From Candidatus Eiseniibacteriota bacterium (GTDB taxonomy: Bacteria > Eisenbacteria > RBG-16-71-46 > JABDJR01 > JAWXBZ01), in contig JAWXBZ010000129.1 in NCBI GenBank assembly GCA_034440375.1, positions 1 to 36,117 on the forward strand: 36,117 bases of DNA, given 5' to 3'. This document shows positions 1 through 8,284 of the stretch, piece after piece. The notes beneath the pieces are model-generated. The model had not been told where the DNA came from. It did no database searches and saw only the letters and a program-made list of their open reading frames with translations. Numbering within the stretch: the first letter of the stretch is position 1; every line of letters begins with the position of its first letter. The translations under genes and the position numbers were made by a program.

Positions 1-1
1 C

Positions 2-1858
2 CCCGGCGTCAGCACCGATCCCAACGGCTACACGTGTGATGGTGAGCGCTGGTGGGGCTCGAACTATGGTGTCACCACCCAGAACGGCGCCGGCGCCGTC
101 GACGTCATCGCGCCGACCATCCTGCCGACGACCGACATCCTCGGCTCGGCCGGTTACGATGCCAGTGACTACTCGAAGTGGTTCAACGGCACGTCCTGCG
201 CCACGCCGTACGCCGCGGGTGTGTGCGCCCTGATCCGCTCGGCCAATCCGACCTGGACCGCAACGCAGGTGCGTGATCAGCTCAAGAACACGGCCCAGGA
301 CGTGACCAGCATGGAATCCGCCGCTGGCTGGGATCGCTACAGCGGTTTCGGCATGGTAAACGCCCAGGCGGCGGTCGGTGGCGGTGGCCCGGTCGATCAG
401 GTCACCGTGACGGCGCCCAACGGCGGGCAGAGTTTCACCGGTGGGGCTTCGACCACGATCACCTGGACCACGGTGGGAAGTTTCACCACGGTCAACATCG
501 ACTACTCGACGAATGGTGGCACGAGCTGGACGAGCATCGTCTCCGGAACGACCAATGACGGCTCGCACGCCTGGACGGTGCCGTCCACCGCCACAACGCA
601 GGGACGGGTCCGGGTCAGCGGCGGCACGGCCACCGACATGAGCAATGCGAACTTCACCATCACCGTGTCGGGAACGTACGCGTCACTTCCATACACCACC
701 GGATTTGAATCCGGTGCGCTGGACCAGTACTGGACCTCCGCGGTCACCGCCAACGGTCGCGTCCGCGTCCTTACGACGAACACGCCCCACCTGGGGTCGT
801 ATCACCTGGTGATGGACGACGCGACCAGCGGTGGCCTGAGCCAGACCGAAGCCCGGTTGTGCCTCAACCTCTCCGGACAGACCCAGGTGAACCTGACCTT
901 CTGGTGGAAGGATTTCGGGGACGAAACGCATACGCAGGACGGAATCTATTTCTCCAGCAATGGCGGCACGAGTTACGTGAAGGTGTACAACCTGAACGGC
1001 GCCAGCTACAGCGACAACACCTGGCGAACGTTTACCCTCGATCTGGATGCGCTGGCGGCGTCCGCCGGCCTGTCGCTGACCTCCACCTTCGTCGTCAAGT
1101 TCCAGCAGTATGACGACTACCCGATCGCCACCGACGGTTTTGCGTTCGATGACATCAGCGTGGCCGTCCCGGCCGGCGGCGCCATCACCGCTGAAAGTGA
1201 GTCGAACAACACATCCGGGACGGCCGACGGTCCCGTCGGCACCGGCGTGTCCGTCACGGGCAACATTTCGTCGTCAACGGATGTCGACTACTTCTATTTC
1301 GACGTCGCCACGTCGGGCAACATCAACATCACGCTCAACATCGGCAGCAGCGCCGATCTCGACTGGTTTCTGTACAACTCGGGCCTGACCGAGGTGGCCC
1401 GCGGCTACACGACCAGCAATCCGGAAACCGGCAGCTACAACGCCACGCCCGGACGTTACTACCTGATGGTCGATGGCTACCAGTCCGCGGTGAGCAGCTA
1501 CACGCTGACCGTGGCCGGCGGGCTGGCGAATGCCGCACTGCGGGTGACATCGGCCGAGAAACCGTTTGAACTCGCACCGGCCGTTGTCACGCTTCACCAG
1601 AATAATCCCAATCCATTCCGGGCCGGCACGGTCATCCGGTTCGAGCTGCCAGCCCCGGGCCGGGTATCGCTCCAGGTGTTCGATGTCACCGGCCGCCTGG
1701 TCAGCACGCTGGCGGAGGACCGGCTCGAGTCAGGCCCTCATGCCGTCACCTGGCAGGGGCGGAACGAGGACGGCGAGGAGACGCCGATCGGCATGTACTT
1801 CTATCGATTGATTGCCCCCGGTTTCAGCCAGACGAAAAAGATGCTGCTGACCCGGTAA
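2..1858 (+). CDS. Secreted S8 (subtilisin-like) serine peptidase, 5'-truncated by window edge, with Ig-like/beta-sandwich, PPC-like and C-terminal FlgD-Ig-like domains
   Basis: The frame is open from base 2, upstream of the ORF-track start at 221, and reads ...WFNGTSCATPYAAGVCALI..., the subtilase catalytic Ser motif, followed by GFGMVNA. ESESNN..DVDYFYF..DLDWFL is PPC-like, and the protein ends in LHQNNPNPF..VFDVTGRLV..W.GRN..GMYFYRL..KKMLL. Confidence 0.9.
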   Translation, partial: PGVSTDPNGYTCDGERWWGSNYGVTTQNGAGAVDVIAPTILPTTDILGSAGYDASDYSKWFNGTSCATPYAAGVCALIRSANPTWTATQVRDQLKNTAQDVTSMESAAGWDRYSGFGMVNAQAAVGGGGPVDQVTVTAPNGGQSFTGGASTTITWTTVGSFTTVNIDYSTNGGTSWTSIVSGTTNDGSHAWTVPSTATTQGRVRVSGGTATDMSNANFTITVSGTYASLPYTTGFESGALDQYWTSAVTANGRVRVLTTNTPHLGSYHLVMDDATSGGLSQTEARLCLNLSGQTQVNLTFWWKDFGDETHTQDGIYFSSNGGTSYVKVYNLNGASYSDNTWRTFTLDLDALAASAGLSLTSTFVVKFQQYDDYPIATDGFAFDDISVAVPAGGAITAESESNNTSGTADGPVGTGVSVTGNISSSTDVDYFYFDVATSGNINITLNIGSSADLDWFLYNSGLTEVARGYTTSNPETGSYNATPGRYYLMVDGYQSAVSSYTLTVAGGLANAALRVTSAEKPFELAPAVVTLHQNNPNPFRAGTVIRFELPAPGRVSLQVFDVTGRLVSTLAEDRLESGPHAVTWQGRNEDGEETPIGMYFYRLIAPGFSQTKKMLLTR

Positions 1859-1874
1859 GTCACCATCCGACAAG

Positions 1875-1913
1875 ACCCCGGGGCGCCGGCCGACTGGCGC
1901 CTCGGGGGTGTTA
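1875..1913 (+). terminator. GC-rich hairpin, probable intrinsic terminator
   Basis: Imperfect inverted repeat ACCCCGGGGCGCC...GGCGCCTCGGGGGT just after the stop at 1858. The U-tract is weak. Confidence 0.5.
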
Positions 1914-2075
1914 TCCCGATTGTAGTGACTGATCTGATACCCCCGCAGGGACATTCAAAATCGTGTAACTTGAATGATATCAATGAAATAGTGGTTGCGC
2001 TGGACATGTCGAAGCATCATTCTTAGCTCATCCGATTGTCAGGGGAAAACCAAGTCTGCATCCGGGGGAAGTGAC

Positions 2076-2681
2076 ATGACACGCCGTTATCATCTGGTGG
2101 CCTCAATGTTCGTCGCCGCACTCGTCGCCAGTCCGGGCCTCGCCGTTGCGGTCGATATTGTCACGGTCGAATCGAAGTGTTCATCCGGCGGTGCCTACGT
2201 GGAAGGCGGCACCGGATGGGGCAACTCCTCGTCCAAGAGCAACAAGACGCCATGCAGCAGCGGTTCACGTTCATCCAAGAACGCCGGCGCCTTTGCCGAC
2301 TTCATTCCGCCCATCACGACGGCAGGACTCTACGATGTCTACCTGACCTGGGGGCCGACAACGAGCGGCAACAATGGTCCCAATGCCGATAACGTCGAGG
2401 CCTCGATCGTTCATCGGGATGGCACGACGCCGATGGCGCTGAACCTGCGGGGCCACAGCGGATGCACGGTGAACAGCGATCAGCTCGTCTACATCGGTCG
2501 GGCCTGGTTCAACGTCGGCCAGGGGCACAAGGTTCGCCTGTCCAACACCGGGTCGGGCCAGTGCTACAACGGTGTCAGCAAACGTTACGTGAGCGCCGAC
2601 GCCGCGATCTTCAGCCCGGTGGCGCCGGTCCCGGTGGCCCCCACGACATGGAGCTTGATCAAGGCGCGATACGCGAACTGA
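2076..2681 (+). CDS. Secreted Cys-containing protein with golvesin/xanthan-lyase CBM-like beta-sandwich and C-terminal PTTWSLIKARY tail
   Basis: ATG 2076 after GGGGGAAG; signal peptide MTRRYHLVASMFVAALVASPGLAVA. The motif pattern AGLYDVYLTW..YIG..F..G..VRLSN..VSADAAIF resembles the golvesin C-terminal domain. Confidence 0.65.
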   Translation: MTRRYHLVASMFVAALVASPGLAVAVDIVTVESKCSSGGAYVEGGTGWGNSSSKSNKTPCSSGSRSSKNAGAFADFIPPITTAGLYDVYLTWGPTTSGNNGPNADNVEASIVHRDGTTPMALNLRGHSGCTVNSDQLVYIGRAWFNVGQGHKVRLSNTGSGQCYNGVSKRYVSADAAIFSPVAPVPVAPTTWSLIKARYAN

Positions 2682-2707
2682 CCCGCACACCGGCAACGAC
2701 ACCTGCT

Positions 2708-2744
2708 CACCCCCGGTCCGTTATTGAAGAACGGATCGGGGGTG
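2708..2744. terminator. Hairpin between convergent genes (likely bidirectional terminator)
   Basis: CACCCCCGGTCCGTT-attgaag-AACGGATCGGGGGTG, 14/15 complementary. Confidence 0.65.
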
Positions 2745-2751
2745 TCTTGCG

Positions 2752-3480
2752 TTACGGCCGCGTCACCCGCACCAGCTCCACCCGCTCACCGCTGCCGACC
2801 GCCACTTCCAGCGCGAGGCCGACGACCGGGGCGTAGTACTTGAATTCACCGGGACCGGAATCGAGGCTGTTCCAGTCAAAGGTCTTCACGGAGCCGGTGA
2901 GCTGGCCATAGGGGACGACAATGGTCTGGCTCACGGCCTCCACGCGGGCCCAGTCTTCGGCCTCCCCCTCGTAGAATTCCTGGCGGTAGTCCTCGGCCAC
3001 GTGCGCGGCGGGATCGGCCCACATGATGATGCCGGGAAGTGCGTCGTCGGTGTTCCATTCCCACGAGCCATCGGTGCTGACCACCACGCCACCCTCGTAC
3101 TCCTTGGTGGTTTCGCCGAGGTACCACACGTTCCCGACCATATCCTGGGCGTACCAGTCGTCGGTGTCTTCCTTCAATTCGCCTTCCAGGTACACGCGGT
3201 CGCGTACGACGGTTGCCGTGACGCCATTGACCAGGCGGGTCTGCTGGAGGACCTCGACCCGAATGGTTTCGGTGCCCTCATCGGGCTCCCCCTCGTACTC
3301 CCAGATCGTGCCGGGGACCAACGGGAAGTAGCTGTTGGAAACGCTGCCGGCCCAGCTCGTCGGGATGACCGGGTCATAGTCCGGAACGTTTGGTCCGCCG
3401 TTATTGCTGTCGCCGCAGGCCTGAACTGCGATCGAGACGGTCAGAAGTGCCGCCGTGAGCGCCATGTGTCGCATTTTCAT
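2752..3480 (-). CDS. Uncharacterised lipoprotein, DWYAQD..GNVWYLGE family (single domain)
   Basis: GGAGG RBS then ATG 3480; lipobox AVQAC; motifs YFPLVPG, DWYAQDMVGNVWYLGE, GSWE, PGIIM, YRQE, KYYAP. Paralogous to 8285..9640. Confidence 0.8.
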   Translation of the reverse strand: MKMRHMALTAALLTVSIAVQACGDSNNGGPNVPDYDPVIPTSWAGSVSNSYFPLVPGTIWEYEGEPDEGTETIRVEVLQQTRLVNGVTATVVRDRVYLEGELKEDTDDWYAQDMVGNVWYLGETTKEYEGGVVVSTDGSWEWNTDDALPGIIMWADPAAHVAEDYRQEFYEGEAEDWARVEAVSQTIVVPYGQLTGSVKTFDWNSLDSGPGEFKYYAPVVGLALEVAVGSGERVELVRVTRP

Positions 3481-3531
3481 TGAGACCTCCACGAAATGGG
3501 GGAGATGGATGGGGTGTCGATGTTACGTGAC

Positions 3532-3559
3532 GGAGCCCGCAGGCCCTCGATTTGTGACA
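3532..3559 (-). promoter_or_regulatory. Candidate ECF-dependent promoter TGTCACA-N16-GCTCC
   Basis: Upstream of the lipoprotein start at 3480. The same motif with the same spacing occurs at 4964-4991 and 8218-8245. Confidence 0.65.
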
Positions 3560-3573
3560 AGGAATTCCCGGCT

Positions 3574-4353
3574 TCATGGACCCAGCGGTATCAGCCATGT
3601 GGAGTCCGGGGAGGCCGGGCCCGAAGTGATGACGTTCGGACCTTCCTTCCGGAAAACCGGTCGGTTGATGATGCTCAGTTCGACGCGGAGCGCCGACCTT
3701 GGAATATCGATATCGAATCGAACCGGGGTCAGGGCGTTGCCGATGACGACGCGCCCCGCACCGGCTGTGAAGGTAGCCGTGCCCTGAGGGGCCCGTACGA
3801 GGACCTGGGCGCCGTCGGTCAGCCGAATCAAGACCGTCGACCCCACTGCTGATTTCGGAAATTCGATGACCAGCCCGTTGCCCGGGGTCACGGCGATGCC
3901 GGCGGTGCCGACCACCGGGTCCTCGGCCGGCGGCGCAGCCCGTGTCGGGCGCACCGGTGGCTCAACTGGTGGGGCGACCGACCGAACCAGGCCGTCAATC
4001 CAACCCGGAAGTGGCGAGCCGGGAGCGGCGTACGCGGCTCCGACAAGTAGAATCGCCAGCCCGATGCCGGCAGCCAGGCGCGCCCACCGGACGGGCCGCG
4101 GTGCCGGCGTGGCCAGGGCCCGCTCGCGCGCTTCGGCCCGGGAAATGATTTCCTCGACGTGAAGTGGCACCGCGCTCACAGGGTGGTCCAACGAATTCAG
4201 GAGCCGCCTGGCGACAAGCTGGTCCCGTTCCAGCGTTTCATGGAGACGGCGGCAGTCCGCGCAGGAATTCAGATGCTCGCGCGCGGCGGCCCTTGCCGTC
4301 GGATCGAGCTGGTCGTCCAGGAATTGCTGGAGTCCATCCTCGTCAACGTGCAT
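3574..4353 (-). CDS. Zinc-binding (ZAS, zf-HC2) membrane anti-sigma factor
   Basis: N-terminal H..(HLNSCADC) HxxxCxxC motif, one TM helix (WARLAAGIGLAILLVGAAYA) and a C-terminal beta-rich extracytoplasmic domain. The start overlaps the 3' end of the sigma gene. Confidence 0.85.
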   Translation of the reverse strand: MHVDEDGLQQFLDDQLDPTARAAAREHLNSCADCRRLHETLERDQLVARRLLNSLDHPVSAVPLHVEEIISRAEARERALATPAPRPVRWARLAAGIGLAILLVGAAYAAPGSPLPGWIDGLVRSVAPPVEPPVRPTRAAPPAEDPVVGTAGIAVTPGNGLVIEFPKSAVGSTVLIRLTDGAQVLVRAPQGTATFTAGAGRVVIGNALTPVRFDIDIPRSALRVELSIINRPVFRKEGPNVITSGPASPDSTWLIPLGP

Positions 4354-4930
4354 CGCTGAGCTCCTCGTATCGGGTCTTGAGTGCGCTCCGGGCACGGGCC
4401 AGGAGCGTTCCGACGCTGGCTTCGTTCAGCCCAAGGGCCTGTGCCAGCTCGCGATAGCTGTAGCCTTCCTCACGGAGCAGAAGCAATCGCTGCTCCCGAT
4501 CGGACAAGGTATCAAGCGCTTCGCGCACCCGTTGGCGCGTTTTCTCCGCCAGATGGGCATGGTCGGGCGATCGACCCTCTCCGGCATGCGCTCCTTCCGC
4601 GCGGGCCGGCGTCAGCAGGCGCAGCCGCCGGCTTTTCTTGGTCGCGGCGTTTCGAAAGAGATTCATGGCCACGCTGATCATCCAGGGTGCGGGTGTATCC
4701 GGCAGCGAACCGCGCTGGTACAGCCGGATGAAGAGTTCCTGGACAATGTCCGCGGCCAGTTCGGGATCTCCCGACAGGCGGCCCAGGTAGCGGCGGAGTC
4801 GCGGCGCGTGTTCGTCAAACAGGGTTACGAATTGGTCGCGAAATATTGGTGTGGTGTCCGGCAACGGCTCGACATCCTCCGATCGACACCTTCTCGGCAT
4901 TTCGGCTGATTCCGCCCCGTCCGGGATCAC
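4343..4930 (-). CDS. ECF sigma-70 factor (start may be 4900 or later)
   Basis: Region 2 AADIVQELFIRL..W...VAMNLFRN; region 4 LSDREQRLLLLREEGYSYRELAQALG...SVGTLLARAR. Confidence 0.92.
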   Translation of the reverse strand: MIPDGAESAEMPRRCRSEDVEPLPDTTPIFRDQFVTLFDEHAPRLRRYLGRLSGDPELAADIVQELFIRLYQRGSLPDTPAPWMISVAMNLFRNAATKKSRRLRLLTPARAEGAHAGEGRSPDHAHLAEKTRQRVREALDTLSDREQRLLLLREEGYSYRELAQALGLNEASVGTLLARARSALKTRYEELSDAR

Positions 4931-4963
4931 GTCCCGGACGATCCGGGCGGGTCCTCAACAACA

Positions 4964-4991
4964 GGAACAGATGGCCGGCCATTCTGTGACA
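4964..4991 (-). promoter_or_regulatory. Candidate autoregulatory ECF promoter TGTCACA-N16-GTTCC
   Basis: Lies between the receptor stop (5015) and the sigma start, in sense orientation. Confidence 0.7.
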
Positions 4992-5014
4992 GCCGAACCG
5001 GAATGATTCCCTGC

Positions 5015-7315
5015 TCAGAACCGCCAGTCGAGTCCCACCACCAGCGGGGAGAGTGGACGCATCTCGATTTTGGCCAACTCGCCGGTGGCGGGGTCCCGCG
5101 CGTAGGTCAGGACGTTCTGGCGATTGAAGAGGTTCGTGACCGTGCCGAACAGGGCCAGGGTGGCATTCCGGTTGCCGACGTTGATGGTCCATCGCTTTCG
5201 AAACCCGAGATCGAGCCGGAGATAGGCCGGCAGCTCTGTTCCCCCCGGCACCTCACCGGTGTGGTCCGGGTTGCCGGTAAATTCGCAGCCCCGGTCAAGC
5301 AGGTTGCACGCCTCCCAGTCGAAGGCGCCGGCGATGGCGGTCGTTTGACGGCCAAGACCGGCGGCAGCCCCGAGCCGGATCGACGAGGAGGGCGTTGGGA
5401 AGAGGATGAAGCCCCCCTCGAGCAGATGGGCGGTGCCATGACCCGGGGTGTAAGTCAGTTCGCCGGCTTTCAGGCGCGTGCGCTGCCAGCCGTAGCCGGC
5501 CAATATGCCGTAGCGCTCACGCGTCAGCCCCACCTCGACCGACATCCCGCGTGAGCGCCCCGACCCCCGGGCGAGGGCGCCGGTGGTGAACGGGGCGCCA
5601 TCGACCGGCGCCACGAGCAGGAGCCCCGTTGACTCGCGTTCATAGGCTTCGAATGACAGGTGCCGGCTGTCGTCCGGCCGCCAGTCGAAGGACAGGACAG
5701 CCTGGTCGCTCCTCGCCACGGGGACTCCCGAGTCGCCGCTGCCAAGGCTCAGATCGGCCGGGAAGATATTGCTGACGACCGATTCGGCATTCCGCAGCGA
5801 CTGGTGGAACTGGTGGGTTCGGCCAACGTAGCCGCCCAGCGTCACGCGATCGCCGACCGTTCGCTCAAGCCCCAGGCGGGGGTCGGCGTGCAGGATGCCG
5901 GCATTGGCGGCCAGCGAAAGTCCGAGCTTGAGACGGGTTCGGGCATCGAGCCCCCGATCATCAGTGGCCTGGAGCGTGGCCACGGGGGTTTCGACCCGTG
6001 TCTCCCATGACGCCACTGAATCGGAAGCGGAGTCGATTTGATAGGACGTCCGGCTCCTGTCGTATCGAAGCGCCAGGCTCGTGCTGGAGCGGGGCGTCGA
6101 GCGCTCGAGGCTGGCCAGAAATCCAAAATCGTTCCGCTCGCTGTCCATTCGGATCGGCACGTTTCCCAGCATCCAGTCCGCCCCGGCTTCTCCGCCGGCG
6201 ATCCAGCCAAGTACTCGGGCGTCGAGGCCCGACAGCCGACGACCCCACTCGGCGCCAAACGAGCGGCTGTCCCAGTCGAACCGATTGCGCGGGGGAGTGG
6301 ACGGGTTGTCCAGGACCGCGCTTGTCGGGTGCCACCTGGAGGGGGCCCCGCCGGGCGGTTTGACGGCTGCCGCATCGAGATTGTTCCCACTGCCATAGCC
6401 GAGCAGTTGAAGCCGCCCGCCGAACGCCGGCATCTCGAACTTGGCCAGGCCATCGCTCATGTTGCCCCGCACGAAGGTGACTTCGGCCGGGGCAAAGGCG
6501 TCGGGCAGGCCGGCCCGAAGGCTCACGACAAAACCTGCCCCCCCCTTGCCAACCGGGCCGTCGATGGTGAACCGCGTTTGCGTGGTGCTGAAACTTCCGG
6601 TGGTCTTGAGCTGGGCCCCGGGCTCGCGCGTCACCGCCTCGACCGAACCGGACAGTGTATGAGGCGCGAGGGGCGAGCGGTTGACCGACTGAAGATGAAG
6701 CCGCGCGACAGCATCGGGATTCCAGGCGCTCGATACGCCGGCGGCGTGAAAGGCATTGAATACCGGGATGCCGTCGAGGAGAAAGGCCGTCTGATCCGCC
6801 GCGCCTCCCCGAATGTGGATACCATCGGGGGTTTCCGGCTGAAGGACGACATCACCACCGCCGAGTGCCTGCAGGACATCCGGTTCCGTGAACAGGGGAT
6901 GATTCCGGACTTCGGCAATCGTGGTGACTCGATCCGGGAATGGCGAGGGCGTGCCCGGTGTCACCCCCCGCAGGGAAATGGGACCGTGCACGTCGAGCGT
7001 TGGAATCGCGATCGGCGCCGCGCGGAGCGTGAAATTGATCTCCAGCTCCCCCTCCGCCGGCACGAGGGCTTCGAGAGTCTGATCGGCATAGCCGATCAGT
7101 TGAATTCGAATCGGCTGGACGCCCGCAGGAACCTGTCTCAACACATATCGACCATCGGCATCGGTTGCCGTGGCGCGATCGAGCGTGGAAAGCACGACGA
7201 CCGCCCCCGGAAGGGGTTGGGCCGTCTCCTGGTCCCGCACCGTGCCGACGAGGGTGGCGAGGCCCAGAACTTCGGCCAGCAGTACACTAATCAAAGCAAT
7301 GAGTGGTGGTAGCAT
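5015..7315 (-). CDS. TonB-dependent receptor with N-terminal carboxypeptidase-regulatory-like domain
   Basis: GTVRD.ET..PLPGA..TDADGRY N-domain; plug IHIRGG..DQ..FLLDGIPVFN..H; barrel end LPAYLRLDL..NLFNRQN..; C-terminal aromatic residue (DWRF). Confidence 0.9.
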   Translation of the reverse strand: MLPPLIALISVLLAEVLGLATLVGTVRDQETAQPLPGAVVVLSTLDRATATDADGRYVLRQVPAGVQPIRIQLIGYADQTLEALVPAEGELEINFTLRAAPIAIPTLDVHGPISLRGVTPGTPSPFPDRVTTIAEVRNHPLFTEPDVLQALGGGDVVLQPETPDGIHIRGGAADQTAFLLDGIPVFNAFHAAGVSSAWNPDAVARLHLQSVNRSPLAPHTLSGSVEAVTREPGAQLKTTGSFSTTQTRFTIDGPVGKGGAGFVVSLRAGLPDAFAPAEVTFVRGNMSDGLAKFEMPAFGGRLQLLGYGSGNNLDAAAVKPPGGAPSRWHPTSAVLDNPSTPPRNRFDWDSRSFGAEWGRRLSGLDARVLGWIAGGEAGADWMLGNVPIRMDSERNDFGFLASLERSTPRSSTSLALRYDRSRTSYQIDSASDSVASWETRVETPVATLQATDDRGLDARTRLKLGLSLAANAGILHADPRLGLERTVGDRVTLGGYVGRTHQFHQSLRNAESVVSNIFPADLSLGSGDSGVPVARSDQAVLSFDWRPDDSRHLSFEAYERESTGLLLVAPVDGAPFTTGALARGSGRSRGMSVEVGLTRERYGILAGYGWQRTRLKAGELTYTPGHGTAHLLEGGFILFPTPSSSIRLGAAAGLGRQTTAIAGAFDWEACNLLDRGCEFTGNPDHTGEVPGGTELPAYLRLDLGFRKRWTINVGNRNATLALFGTVTNLFNRQNVLTYARDPATGELAKIEMRPLSPLVVGLDWRF

Positions 7316-7390
7316 CAGTTACTCCCACCAAGATCCTAACATTGGACGTCGCGCGCGGGAGAATCAGGAACTGTGGTGACTCAACGTTCG

Positions 7391-7891
7391 ATGAAATCAA
7401 CCGGGTTCCGCGGAGCGGCGATCACGCTGTTCGTCATCCTCCAAATTTTGACGGTGGTGGGCTGTTCCGATGAGTCGACCAGCCCCGGGAATCCTCCACC
7501 CATGGCAATCGACTGGCACCGCTGCAATTTCGATTCGGTCATGGCCGCGGCGTCCTCCAGCCGCCAGGATCTGCTGGTGCATGCCACGGCCACCTGGTGC
7601 GGGCCGTGCCAGTATTTCAGTGACAGTTCGTGGGCGGATCCCCGGGTCGTGAGCTTCGTGAGCCGTCACATGACGGCCTTTGAAGTCGACTTGACGAACT
7701 ACGTCGAGTTCATGAACCCCAACCAGCCGTACTGCCCCGGTGATACCGTGGTCTACGACGTCCTCGGGACCATCCGCGGTATCCCGGCCACGTTCATCGT
7801 CCGAAACGGCGCAATCACCCATCGGCTTATCGGATATCGACCCTCCGGGGATCTTTTCGCCTGGCTGGTTGATTCGTATCTGGATCGGTGA
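7391..7891 (+). CDS. Thioredoxin-family lipoprotein
   Basis: Lipobox VVGC; ATWCGPC active site; cis-Pro motif GIPAT. Confidence 0.8.
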   Translation: MKSTGFRGAAITLFVILQILTVVGCSDESTSPGNPPPMAIDWHRCNFDSVMAAASSSRQDLLVHATATWCGPCQYFSDSSWADPRVVSFVSRHMTAFEVDLTNYVEFMNPNQPYCPGDTVVYDVLGTIRGIPATFIVRNGAITHRLIGYRPSGDLFAWLVDSYLDR

Positions 7892-7972
7892 GGAGTCCTG
7901 CGTGCCTGCCAAATTTCGACATTCTTTGAATGTAGAACAGGTCGTTCCTCACCCGAAAGAAGTCGACATTCG

Positions 7973-8150
7973 TCACGACGGCCGCACCGCGCAGACCTGA
8001 ATTCCATCCAGGCTACCCATGACGGCGAGCTTGTCGTGCGTACCTGCACGTAGCGGGCCCACGGCAGCGTTTCGAGCCGCAGTTCGAAGCGATGTCCGAT
8101 CGGGATCGCTTCGCCACCTCGATCCATTGCACCGGTCTAAAGACGTGGTG
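7973..8150 (-). pseudogene. Possible remnant of a discoidin/F5-8C-like domain gene
   Basis: Fragments in three different frames: PVQWIEV, then ARYVQVRTTSSPSWVAWME, then IQVCAVRPS-stop. Together they resemble the discoidin pattern PQWIEI..RYVR.....SWVA..EI.V. Confidence 0.4.
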
Positions 8151-8217
8151 GGGCGTTGCACGGGCGTTGAAGTCGCGGTGCCCTCAAACCAGCCGGAAAT
8201 CTTCGGTTCCCATCCAC

Positions 8218-8245
8218 TGTCACAAACCCCACGTTCACCGGTTCC
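8218..8245 (+). promoter_or_regulatory. Candidate ECF-dependent promoter TGTCACA-N16-GTTCC
   Basis: About 40 nt upstream of ATG 8285, which has a GAGGAGG RBS. Confidence 0.7.
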
Positions 8246-8284
8246 TGCTCATGTCCACGTACTTCAACTCATGAGGAGGAAACA

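Noticed and set aside
4964-4991. Reading the motif on the opposite strand as a sigmaE-like GGAAC -35 element
   Set aside because: In all three copies that orientation points away from the adjacent start codon, while the TGTCACA-first orientation points into it.
6038-7312. 424-aa plus-strand ORF
   Set aside because: Antisense to the TonB-dependent receptor; no motifs.
7316-7390. Fourth copy of the ECF motif upstream of the receptor
   Set aside because: Only GTCACC..GTTCC with the wrong spacing is present.
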